A stretch of DNA of 64,000 nucleotides, from NCBI GenBank assembly GCA_030390025.1, contig CM059433.1, positions 25,298,001 to 25,362,000 on the forward strand. Direction: 5' to 3'. Of this stretch, positions 1-10,977 are shown one piece after another. The translations under genes were made by a program, and so were the position numbers. Below the pieces are notes generated by a model, which saw nothing but the letters and a program-made list of their open reading frames with translations, did no database searches and was not told where the DNA came from. Numbering within the stretch: the stretch's first letter is position 1; each line of letters starts with the position of its first letter. The DNA is from Squalus acanthias. Its lineage: Eukaryota.

Positions 1-813
1 GATAAATCTGTTATACCATAAAAATGATAAGTTTTTGAAACACCTAAAGGTAGAGACAGAATTCTAAAAGTTGGCAGCTGAAATGACAGTAAGAATAGAA
101 AAGAATTCAATAGAGTATCACTAGAGATAATTAGCTTACATCAGCAAGAAACTTCAAAGAAAATACCACTAAAAAAAGGTATAAAAATAGAGCTTTTCAG
201 ATAGAGAGTCAGAAGTCGCTGGAAGGGTAAACGTTTCTCAACTTCACAGGCACGCTCTGTAAGTTTTCAACTCTGAGTCTCGGGTAATCAAGGTATTTGA
301 TTTTGGTGGATATTCTGGATTAAGAAATAAGTAGAAGTGTGGAAATGTAACGAAGTTAAGATTTGAGAATAAGGATCGCTGATAAGAAATGTAAGCTATT
401 TGTATTTTTAACGGTTAAAGTTGCGATTGCCATATCAGCTGTTAACTAAATGTCGGTTCTTTAATAAATCTATATATTTTTAAAATTGTCTCAAAGAGTA
501 TTTCTGTATCAATCTCGCAAACTCAATTTCTGTACACTCTTTTGTAAGGAGTTGCAGAATTCTGGGGGGTTTTCCGGACCCTCATAATATCCGGAAGGCT
601 ACAGTCTAGTTAAACTTGTTAAAAGTGCTATCCGGAGGACGGTAACATCTTCAGGCCATTTCTTTCCTTTAGAGAGAGGTAGTCTGACTTTTAGACCCAA
701 TTAAGCGTCTCTAGGATTCAGCTACCGCTAACTTTAGTTGAAGGTGAACGTCTGGGGAATACGCCTGATCTGGGGTAGCCCGAAAAGGGCTAGGACTTGT
801 AATTATCCGTTCA
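1..813 (+). mobile_element. LTR (5' part outside window); same family as the solo LTR at 11778-13222, in opposite orientation
   Basis: Reverse complement of about 11778-12590. Ends ...TTCA at 813. TATAAAA at ~180 and AATAAA at ~463. Followed by L2 sequence, not a PBS. Confidence 0.85.
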
Positions 814-1140
814 GGACAAGCAGTCTGAAAATTTCAAGCCAGTGGAGGGGTCAAGAGAAGTGGAAGTGAGGTAGAGCCGGGTGTCATCAGCGCAAATGTG
901 GAAACTAAGGCTGTGTTTTCGGATGATGTCGCCAAGGGGCAGCATATAGCTGAGAAATAGGAGGGGGCCAAGGATAGATCCTTGGGCGACATCAGTGGTA
1001 ATGATGCGGGAGCGGGAAGAGAAGCCATTGCTGGTGATTCTCTGGCTACGATTAGATAGATAAGAATGGAACCAGGTGAGAGCAGTCCCACCCAGCTGGA
1101 CGACGGTGGAGAGACGTTGGAGGAGGATGGAGTAGTCAAC
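814..1140 (-). mobile_element. L2-clade LINE reverse transcriptase fragment
   Basis: ORF 811..1266 contains WFHSYLSNRSQ...QGSILGPLLF...LPLGDIIRKH...ADDTRLY. Confidence 0.85.
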
Positions 1141-1744
1141 CGTGGCAACGGCTACTGATGTCGGTTCAGCCTGGCCCTCCCTGCTTCCTGGATCCAATGA
1201 AGTCATGAGAGGTGCGAGGAAGGACTGTACCGGTAGTGTTTCCACTGCGAGAGACAAAAACCTCATCTGCCTCCAGTTCTATCCAACCCTTGCTGGAGGT
1301 CTCTGTGTCATTGTGCCTTATGCTTTGTGTGGGAGCAGAGTCTATTAAAGCAATGACAGTATTGAAACCACTATCCATAGCTTTCCCCATTCAGCCAAGC
1401 TCATTTGACAACCTGCTAAAGGCATACGTTATACTGCTGCCTAAGGCCTTCATGGCTTCAGCCTGAGCAGTCAGGAAGGATGTAAAGACAAGCATAATGT
1501 CCTCTGCCATTAGAGACCACACAGTGAAGCCAGCACTGCCTCTGTAAGGTGACACGGGTCTTTAAGAGCTGCAGTGGAACTGCAATTTCCTGTAGTTACT
1601 GTGCGGCACGCGCCCAGTTCATGCAAATTAGGGGGTCTAGTAAATTGGTGGGCTCTTACAGTGCTTTGTGATAAATGCAGACTGCTGTTGCACCCCCTGC
1701 TACCTCCCCCTCCCGCCAGCAAAATCAGAGCTACATATTGTTTT

Positions 1745-2740
1745 TTAATTTTTTTATTCGTTCTGAGATGTGAGGGATGCAGGGCCAGCATTTATTGCCC
1801 ATCCCTAATTGCCCGTGAGAAGGTGGTGGTGAGCCGCCTTCGTGAACTGCTGCAGTTCTTGTGGTGAAGGTACTCCCACAGTGCTGTTAGGGAGGGAGTT
1901 CCAGGATTTTGACCCAGCGACGATGAAGGATTGGCGATATATTTCCAAGTCAGGATGGTGTGTGACTTGGAGGGGAACTTGCAGGTGATGGTGTTCCCAT
2001 GCGTCTGCTGCCCTTGTCCTTCTAGGTGGTAGAGGTTGTGAGTTTGGGATGTGCTGCCGAAGAAGCTTTGGCGAGTTGCTCCAGTGTATCTTGTAGATGG
2101 TACACACTGCAGCCACGGTGGAGGGAGTGAATGTTTAAGGTGGTGGATGGGGTGCCAATCAAGCGGGCTGCTTTGTCCTGGATGGTGTTGAGCTTCTTGA
2201 GTGTTGTTGGAGCTGCACTCATCCAGGCAAATGGAGAGTACTCCATCACATTCCTGACTTGTGCCTTGTAGATGGTGGAAAGGCTTTTGGGGAGTCAGGA
2301 GGTGAGACACACGCCGCAGAATACCCAGCCTCTGACCTGCTCTTGTTGCCACAGTATTTATGTGGCTGGTCCAGTTAAGTTTCTGGTCAATGGTGACCCC
2401 CCCGATGTTGATGGTGGGGGATTCGGCAATGGTAATGCTGTTGAATGTCAAGGGGCGGTGGTTAGACTCTCGCTTGTTGAAGATAGTCATTGCCTGGCAC
2501 TGGTGTGGTACGAATGTTACTTGCCACTTATCAGCCCAAGCCTGAATGTCATCCAGGTCTTGTTGCATGCGGACATGGACTGCTTCATTATCTGAGGAGT
2601 TGTGAATGGAACTGAACACTGTGCAATTATCAGCGAATATCCCCACTTCTGACCTTATGTTGGAGGGACGGTCATTGATGAAGCAGCTGAAGATGGTTGG
2701 GCCTAGGACACTGCCCTGAGGAACTCCTGCAGCGATGTCT
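1745..2740 (-). mobile_element. 5'-truncated CR1-clade LINE (RT C-terminus and 3' tail)
   Basis: GVPQGSVLGPTIFSCFIND...QQDLDDIQAWADKWQVTF, with frameshifts, a 3' tail GGGCAATTAGGGATGGGCAATAAATGCTGGCC and an A-rich end. Confidence 0.9.
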
Positions 2741-3107
2741 TGCTTATACATAAGAACATAACCAGGAGAACAGCATCAAATCAGATGCAGCATGCGTATA
2801 GAGAACCAGGAAGTAAAAGATCCAACCTCTGTAAAATGCAGCCTCTGTGTAGTTTATTAATCCATCTCTATAGAAGACATATATGTGCACAGGCATTATA
2901 GAATCTGTTTGTGCTGGTTGAAAATCCCATGGTATGAGTTACAAAAAAATTGAACTACTCCTTGTACTGTGTCCAATTTTGCTGCAAGCAAGATCTTTAC
3001 AGGTATCTGCTTCTCACCAGGAACCAAAGAAGATCCCAACCCTGACTCGTGTACTTGGAAGGAAACAGAAATTCAGAAATGTCTTTTTCAGCTGGCACAG
3101 ACACAAT

Positions 3108-3343
3108 GGGCTGGATTTTGATACTGGGGCGGGTTGGGGTCGTGTCATCCGCATTTCGTGTTATCCACCCGACTGCAATTGGATGTGGGAGATTGATTGA
3201 GAGTCGGGAACACCGCGACCGATTTTGGCAAAATTGCTTGGAGGTGGAATGGAGTCGGGATCAGGTCCGCCCGCCACTTTTCGCTATTTTAACCCCCCAC
3301 ACGCCTCCAAACCCGACTCCACGGGTCATTGAAAATCCAGCCC
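3108..3343. mobile_element. PIF/Harbinger-type MITE
   Basis: TIRs GGGCTGGATTTT...AAAATCCAGCCC. 3-bp flanks AAT/GAT (one change). Inserted into a CR1 3' tail. Confidence 0.85.
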
Positions 3344-3421
3344 GATGGGTCAAATGGCCTCCTTCTGTGCCGCAAATTTCTATGATTCTAAGTGCCGTAT
3401 CTACAAGGCTACAGACCAAGA

Positions 3422-3809
3422 ACGTTTAGAATGGTTGTACAAACTATACTATTGGAATCATCTAATCATGTTATGAAATATGGATCGAGAACGTGATGAT
3501 CACGTTCTGTAAATGGTATAAAGGAAAGACCTGCAGGACTCTCGGGCGGCTATGAAGAAGGAGAAACATACGGAGAAGGGGAAAGAAGTGAGCAGCCCAG
3601 CAGTTACAACTCCTGAGTCAGCGCGCTCTGTCGTCCCTGGTTGTACGGGAAGTAAAACCTGTATTTTTAACCAGTTAATTACTGTCCAAGTTTGTTAGTG
3701 TATGTTGTGTGTGTACAATAAACTGCTCTGGATTGCCAGACAAGTGCCCTTGTCGTCAATATTAATGCCAGTCGAAACCGAGTGAACAAGGCAAGTCCTT
3801 TTGCCTACA
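3422..3809 (+). repeat. 5' LTR of the degraded element (lacks the first ~90 bp)
   Basis: Matches 10590-10977 with about 12 substitutions by eye. Ends GCCTACA. Confidence 0.9.
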
Positions 3810-3812
3810 AAT

Positions 3813-3830
3813 TGGCGAGCGCGGCAGGAC
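3813..3830 (+). promoter_or_regulatory. Primer binding site (tRNA-Ser-like, imperfect)
   Basis: TGGCGAGCGCGGCAGGAC, 3 nt after the LTR end. Confidence 0.75.
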
Positions 3831-3998
3831 TGGCTTGAGACGACTTTGGGTCACTCGTTGAGGTATTCCAGAATCTGGGAGTTACGAGTCCGGCCAACAC
3901 ATGCTTCGGGAGGAGAAACCGCTAACGGGAGTGCGGAGACTCATTGTGAGACCCGCCAGTAATTTAAAGGCGCACTGTAAGATTTAGGAATTGATAGG

Positions 3999-6503
3999 AT
4001 GGCATTGAAGGATTTAGCATCGGTATATAAGGAGAAGTTAGAGGAGTTGCCTGCAAACTTATTAGTGACGTGCCTCACCACGGGTGAGCGGACGCCTTTC
4101 ACGAAAGTAATTGCGTTTATTCAGGAACGTGTAAACGAGAGAAAATTAAAAACAGATAAGGCCGAAAACCTTTTGGTCTACGGAGCACATTACTGTGCTC
4201 GAAGAGATGACGAGTTATTTAAGGAAAAGGAACAAGAAATTGAAGAATGAAAACAACAGTTGCAGGAATGTAGGTCTCAGAAAGATCAACAAATTGATAA
4301 ACTGAACCGACAGGTCCGTGCATTGGAGTTGGGAGCTGAACAGTCAGCCATGCTGTTGCAACAACAGAGTGCATATACCCTAACTTCCTCCGCTGCCGTG
4401 GAAGAATTAAAATGATGTCAAAAAGAAAATGTTCAGTTGAAACAAGAATTAGAAGATGCTAAAGGGGTGTTGAGGGAAGCAGTCAAACAGCCTCACAGGC
4501 AAACAGATCATACTCAATGTCAGCTTAAGATTCTAGAACTTACTGGGAAATTAGGGAAATAATAGGTACTCGTTTCGGCTGTTGCGGCGATTGAGATCAA
4601 GGGCTGGATTTTCAATGACCCGTGGAGTCGGGTTTGGAGGCGGGGGGGGGAGGTTAAAGTTGCAGATTCGGGGGTCCCGACCCCATCCCGCCTCCAACCC
4701 GCCTCCATGCCAGTTTCTCTGGCGGCGGGTACCCGACCTGTGCTGAGACCCGACTCCCCGAGACGGGAAGGGATTAGTGACAATTAACTGCCTGTTAACA
4801 GGCAGTTTTTTGCATAATCCCTATTTTAAAAAGAAAGGTGTGGGCTTCCCGACAGGTGGCTACCACGCTAAGTAATCGGGGCTTGCCGTGGGTCTGCAGG
4901 GTTTAGAGGCATCGATATGTCCGGTGAGCAGGTGAGTGATGGGTGCATGTGTGCAGAGGTAAGTGTGTAAGGTAAGTGCTAAGTGTTGGAAAAAGTTTTA
5001 CTTACCTTAACTTCCTCCTGCAGGTGTCAGCCCTTCAGTTCTCGGGAGTCAGAAATCTCACCGGCACAGAAATCAGAAAAGCCGTGGACCTGTCAAAAAC
5101 TGCAGCCTTCTGTTTTCTGTGTTGGAATGATTTCTAACTCAGCCTGAGAGGAAGGACTGAAGTTAGAAATCATATTGTGAGTGTTTGACAGCTTCACAGA
5201 GCTGTCAAACGCTGATATTTCATCTGTCAAAAGCTCTTGACAGATGAAATGTCAATCTGTGGCGTCACCTGTTGCCGGGTGGTCCTTAATTGGCCTGCTG
5301 AGCCCACTGGGCGGGCTCAACAAGGTCAATCAAGGGAAAATACAGTGGGTTGGCCACATCTCGATGGAGGCGGGTTCACAAGCCAGAATGTGTGATTCCC
5401 GACACCAACCCGACCCCAGCTTCAAAATCCAGCCCCAAGGGTCCGGTAGCCAAGTTGATTGGGGTCAATTGGGGAAGGAGGCATTTAAGTATAAAAATGA
5501 TGACGGGTGGCCAGATGAAAAGGGGCCACCTGGACCTGATGGTCCACGTGTGCCAGTGACACTCATTACCACTAGCACCCAGCTAGATGCAGCGGGAGCC
5601 CCGAGAGGAACAATGCAATACTCTAAGCCCTTAATCGCTTCAGAGACTGGGATCTTGGCCAATCAGGTTGGCCCTATCAATGCCACAGATGATCCGTTAG
5701 ATGTTAATAGATGGTGGGCTGATTTTAGACGAGATCACCCGGAATTAGAGAATGCAGACCTTAAGCGTGTCCTTCTCGCCAGCTGCACTAGTTGCCTTAG
5801 GGACGGCTTGCCAGACGCCATCCACTAGGCCGATACCACAGCGGCTCAGGCTTGTACAAGTCTCCTCACAGCTTTGGGTAGCGACTATTTAAATTTAGTT
5901 GGTCTGCTACAGCAGACCAAACAAAAACCCGATGAGACCACTCGAGCGTTTGCTAACCGCCTGTATGATCTCTATGAGAGAACACAGAGTGCAGCACCCG
6001 TAAACCGGACCGTGGGGAAGGACCAATCTCAGTTTAAATCCATCTTTTTAAGCCAACTTCACCCCCAAGGTCAAGGCGCCGTTGGGGATATCTACCCGTC
6101 CCACGGATCAGGGGACGGTTGGACAGGCCAACGCCACCCGAGCGTGGGATATGGTAAAAGACTCGATCAGCCCTCCGAAAAAGGGCGTGGCCTCCGTTGA
6201 AGGACCCAAACAGCACGGCAGGAAGCCGCTGGGCCCCTGCTACAACTGTGGAAAAATGGGACATATAGCAAAGGACTGTAGGAGGCCGAAGCTGGCTCCG
6301 AGACAAAATCTAGCGGGGGGGGACCGCTGCCCCGATACACCCCAAGGGACGACTATAAGCCCTCTGGAAAGGAGCAGCAATTGGCAAAGCTAATTTGCTT
6401 GATGCAGACCCAAATAACCACAGGAGGTCAGAGCTCCACAGTGTGGTCAGTCACACAACCGCCTGCACCTCCACAGGGGAACTCCAATGAGGGTTCCGCA
6501 TGA
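3999..6503 (+). pseudogene. gag: Disrupted gag, interrupted by a MITE
   Basis: Coiled-coil N-terminal region. CYNCGKMGHIAKDC zinc knuckle at ~6238-6279. Ends ...PQGNSNEGSA* at TGA 6501-6503. Several stops and frameshifts. Confidence 0.8.
4601..5435. mobile_element. PIF/Harbinger-type non-autonomous element inserted in gag
   Basis: TIRs GGGCTGGATTTT / AAAATCCAGCCC with a perfect 3-bp TSD CAA (4598-4600, 5436-5438). Confidence 0.92.
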
Positions 6504-9500
6504 AGGGGTTTGGCCCCCTTAGAATGGTCGGAAGTGGGGTTCCGACGTGACGGTAACGGGCGGCCAGTTGTCCTCGCTGTCTTAGAGGGGACCGGCAGCA
6601 AGTTATGCTTATAGATACTGGCTCTGCCATTACCATCATTCACACCCCACACCCTGAATGCCAAGCCCTGGCGAGCAAGGGTTGTTCGCTTCTTAAAGGC
6701 TTTAATGGAGATACCACTGCTGCCTGCACAGGAAAGCCCTCCAAACTGAGATTGGGAGGTCTCACCTGCAAGGTTCCCTCACCTATGTTAATGGCGACTC
6801 CCGATGATAGAGGTATTTTGGGGACCGATGTACTTAATCAGTATGGGGTGATAATTGACTACAATTGTGATTGTGTGTGGATAGGGTCAGGAACCGGGGG
6901 CGAGACAATAGAGATCTCAGATGCTCATTCAGTGTTTGCTATCAAAAAAACGTCCGTTTATGACTCCCCCGACCATGGGAACGAGCGCATCAGGCGACTT
7001 ATTGAAAAGCACCTGGCAGTTTTTGCCACTAGCAAGCATAACTGTGGGAAAATGGAGGGGGAAGAATCAGTAGAGGGGCCCCTTCACGTTTCACCAAACA
7101 GTACCCTATCCCGAGAGATAGCCACCCGTACATTCGAGACACGATTCAGTCTCTTGTTCAGTAGGGTGTTCTTAGACCTGGCATTTTCACAACCAATTCA
7201 CCTGCCTGGCCCGTAAAGAAGCCGGACGGAAGCTGGAGGCTAACCATTGACTACTGAAAATTGAATTCAGTAACTCCAGCTTGCTCACCGGTAGTAAGGG
7301 AAGCCCCTACGCTGCTGTCACAAAGTCCCAACCAACTCCAAGGTTTACACGACTCTCGATATCTCCAACGGCTTCTGGAGCATCCCAGTTCGGAAAGACG
7401 ATCAGTATAAATTCGCTTTTACCTTTGAAGACCAAAGCTACACCTGGACCTGCTTGTCACAGGGCTTCCACAACGGCCCAACGATATTCCACAAAGGATG
7501 GCGGCAGGCCCTCAACTCCTGTTCACACCCTGGTTGTTTACTGTAGTAGGTAGACGATCTACTGCTGGCAACTGAAAGTATTGCAGAGCATCTGTTTCTC
7601 CTAAATTAACTGCTCATGCTGATGGGGTTAAAGGTGAACCCACGTAAGGCCCAGTTAGTAAAAGACCGGGTTACCTTCTTGGGGGTGTCAATCTCTCCCG
7701 ACGGATCGTCCCCCGACTCCCATAAGGTTGGGATCATTCAGAGACTACCCTTGCCTACTTCTAAGACCGCCCTATGGTCGTTCCTTGGTTTAGTGGGATG
7801 CCAAAGAAATTTCATTCCAGGCTGCGCAGAATTGGCAAAGCCCCTTTACGAGCTCCTGAAGCTCAAGGGTGCAGATAATCGCAGAGCATGGACAGATATC
7901 CACACTCGATCAGTGGATAAGCTGAAAGCAGCCATAATACAGGCATCATTTTTGATCTCCCCAGATCCAACACAGCCTTTCCACTTGGAGGTCGGGGCAA
8001 CTGAGCAGAGTCTCACCGCCATCCTCTGTCAAGAAAGAGCTGGCCGACTGCAGCCCATCGCATGTGCATCTAGAATTTTGCAAGGAACAGAAAAGACCTA
8101 TACGGCATGCGAGCGACACCTATTGGTCATTTTCTGGGCGGTACATCATTTTACATACATTAGGGGGCTGCAGAGCACCATCTTGCACAGCCCGCACACG
8201 CCATTGAACCTACTGCTCAAACCAGGGGTCTCCTTGATTTCATCGCAGCGCCTCAGCACATGGACACTAGAACTTTTGCAGAGAGGCATCGACATCACCC
8301 CCAAGGCTACTACACGACTGCCACAGTTCCTAGCCTATGAGGGTGACCCCCATAAGTGCCCGTTGCCCCTTATTGACATTGAATCCCACCCTGTTGAGAG
8401 AGAACCGATCGAGGGGGCATCCAATGTCTATATTGATGGCAACGTGTATCATATACAGGGATCACCTCACACCGGGTATGCCGTTGTCCCACCAGATCAG
8501 ACTATCAAGCAAAAATGCATTCGCCATTCCTCACAGTACACCAAAATGGTGGCGCTTCTGACAGCCGTTAAGAAAACATCTGACCGGCCTGTTAATGTTT
8601 GTTCTGATAGTGCCTATGCTATTAACACCATGCTGTCCTTACCCTTGTATCATAAAAATCACTATTGTACGGTGGATGGCAAGCCCCTAACACATGGCCC
8701 CTGGCTGCGCCTGCTTTGGGCTTGCCCCAAGTGGCACTCCCAACCCTGCTTTATTGGCAAGGTGGCAGCACATAAAAAGAATGGCCCACACCCCGCTGGG
8801 AACGCAGAAGCAGACAGGGCCGCCAAAGATGCTGCTGTTAATGGGGATCCAGAGGACCCACACCCTGATCCATGCTGTCCTGTTTCCAGAAGCTCCAGCC
8901 CTGAACAAATCGATTTGAAATCTCGACAGGAACAACACCAGCCATACGCCATAGTGCGTGCCTGGCACGAACAGGGCGAGCCCCCTCCTCAGCCCACAGT
9001 TTGGGCCTCCAAAAGTATAATGGCCCCTGGCTCCGACTCACCTGACCAGTTGCTAATGTTCCAGAGAACAGCTGACGCCTGTCCGGCGGTGTGTGTGCCA
9101 GCAGTGGTGGGCGAGGAACTACTCTCCCTGTTCCATTCCCACCCGGTAGGCGGGCACTATTCGGTGTCAACAACGTCAGATAAAATAGCTGCAACAGCAT
9201 GGTGGCCTGATATGCAAAACACAGTAAAGCTATACGTATCATGGTGCCGACCCTGTTTGCAACACAACCCTCCTGCACATACTAATTGAGCCCTCCTCAG
9301 GAGCGCCCCTGCTCCAGAGGGACAATGGACCCACCTTCAGATTGATTTTATTGGCCCACTTCCTAAAACACAGGGCAACTACTCGTATGGCTTGGTGGTG
9401 GTTGGCCAGTTTACTGAATGGATAGAGGCATTCCCGTGCCGCACCAACATGGCGCTCACTGCCGCTAAGATTCTATTGAGTAAGGTGTTCTGCAGGTGGG

Positions 9501-10150
9501 GACTGCCATTACAGGTAGACAACGATCAAGGGTCACACTTCACGGGAATAATGTTCACTCATTTGCAGGAAATGATGGGAATTCGACATAAATTACATAT
9601 TTCTCACCATCCACAGTCATCTGGAGTAGTAGAAAGAGGAAATCAAACCCTGAAGACCATGTTAAAAAAGTTATGTGCCAACCACCCCACTCAATGGGCT
9701 AATATGTTGCCCATGTGCTTAATAGCCATACGATCAACACCTCACAAAACAACGGGTGTCTCACCACATCAAGCCATGACAGGTAGGCTTATGAGAACCC
9801 CAGGCCACCTAACACTAACCGGGACAAGCCCCCTAACACAGGAACCGTGTAGTTCTAAGTGGTTGGACGAGGTGGTGGAATACACCAACCAAATGTTTGT
9901 GGCCCAGAATCTAGGAACGTCAAAGAAACAGATTAAAAAGTACTTTGACAAGAAAGTATGGCTTTTCGAATATCAGGTGGGAGATACTGTCATGGTGTTA
10001 AATTATGGGAAGAAGGAGAATGCCTTCGAGCCCAAATGGAGGGGACCCTACCCAATTGTGGACAGGTTGAATTCAGCAGTCTATCTGATCCAATTACTAG
10101 GGAAGAAGGGGATAAAAGCAAGGAAGTGGTATTATATATAAATCAGCTAA
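6504..10150 (+). pseudogene. pol: Disrupted pol (PR, RT, tether RNase H, RNase H, IN)
   Basis: PR LIDTGS. RT motif mutated to *VDD at ~7547. Tether FHLEVGA...CERHLL. RNase H YIDG...SDS...GNAEADRAA. IN HHCC and QIDFIGP...DQGSHF...ERGNQTLK. Confidence 0.9.
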
Positions 10151-10452
10151 AAACTGTGAAAAATCAATATTACACTCTACAGCAGGAAAATAGTGACGTG
10201 TCTAAAAAGATTCCAGACGTAGGCGATGACAGACCATGGCGGGATGTAGGATTGGATATTGACATTCCCCCATGGATACACATCATTTCACACACCTTTG
10301 TTATCTTGCAGGTGCTTGTGTTGGTTGTATTATTAATTATTATATGTCGCCTAAAAACTATGGTTAAGGAAGTAAAAACTAAACTGATCATCGCTACCAC
10401 TGTAAACCCACATCTGCCATTATATCAAACATTAAAGCATCGCCTCCAGTAA
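10150..10452 (+). pseudogene. env: env C-terminal remnant (membrane-proximal region, TM anchor, tail)
   Basis: QYYTLQQ...DIDIPPWIHIISHTFVILQVLVLVVLLIIIC aligns by eye to KHFYTLEQ...NIEVPSWIRIASHILVVCQVFIVVYLLVVHC of the intact env. Confidence 0.8.
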
Positions 10453-10498
10453 GAAAGTGAGGAATCGGTATGAAAGCTCATCCTCAAGGTGGGGACTC

Positions 10499-10977
10499 TG
10501 TAAGGGTTAATGGCTGTACAAACTAGACTACTGTAATCATGTCAATGGCTGTACAAACTATACTACTGTAATCACGTTATGAAGCATGTACGTTTTGAAT
10601 GGCTGTACAAACTATACTATTGTAATCATGTAATCATGTTATGAAACATGGATCGAGAACGTGATGATCACGTTCTGTAAATGGTATAAAGGAAAGACCT
10701 GCAGGACTCTTGGGCGGCTATGAAGAAGGAGAAACATACGGAGAAGGGGAAAGAAGTGAGCAGCCCAGCAGTTACAACTCCTGAGTCAGCGCGCTCCATC
10801 GTCCCTGGTTGTACGGGAAGTAAAACCTGTATTTTTAACCAGTTAATTACTGTCCAAGTTTGTTAGTGCATGTTGTGTGTGTACAATAAACTGTTCTGGA
10901 TTGCCGGACAAGTGCCCTTGTCGTCAATATTAATGCCAGTCGAAACCGAGTGAACAAGACAAGTCCTTTTGCCTACA
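10499..10977 (+). repeat. 3' LTR of the degraded element
   Basis: TGTAAGG...GCCTACA, preceded by a purine-rich tract AAGGTGGGGA. Contains TATAAA and AATAAA. Confidence 0.9.

Larger units (their letters stand above)
3422..10977 (+). mobile_element. Degraded endogenous lokiretrovirus-like LTR element (gag-pol-env remnant)
   Basis: Paired LTRs, PBS, PPT, CCHC Gag, PR, RT, two RNase H domains, IN and an env TM remnant homologous to the env at 18659-21010. Many stops and frameshifts. Confidence 0.88.
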
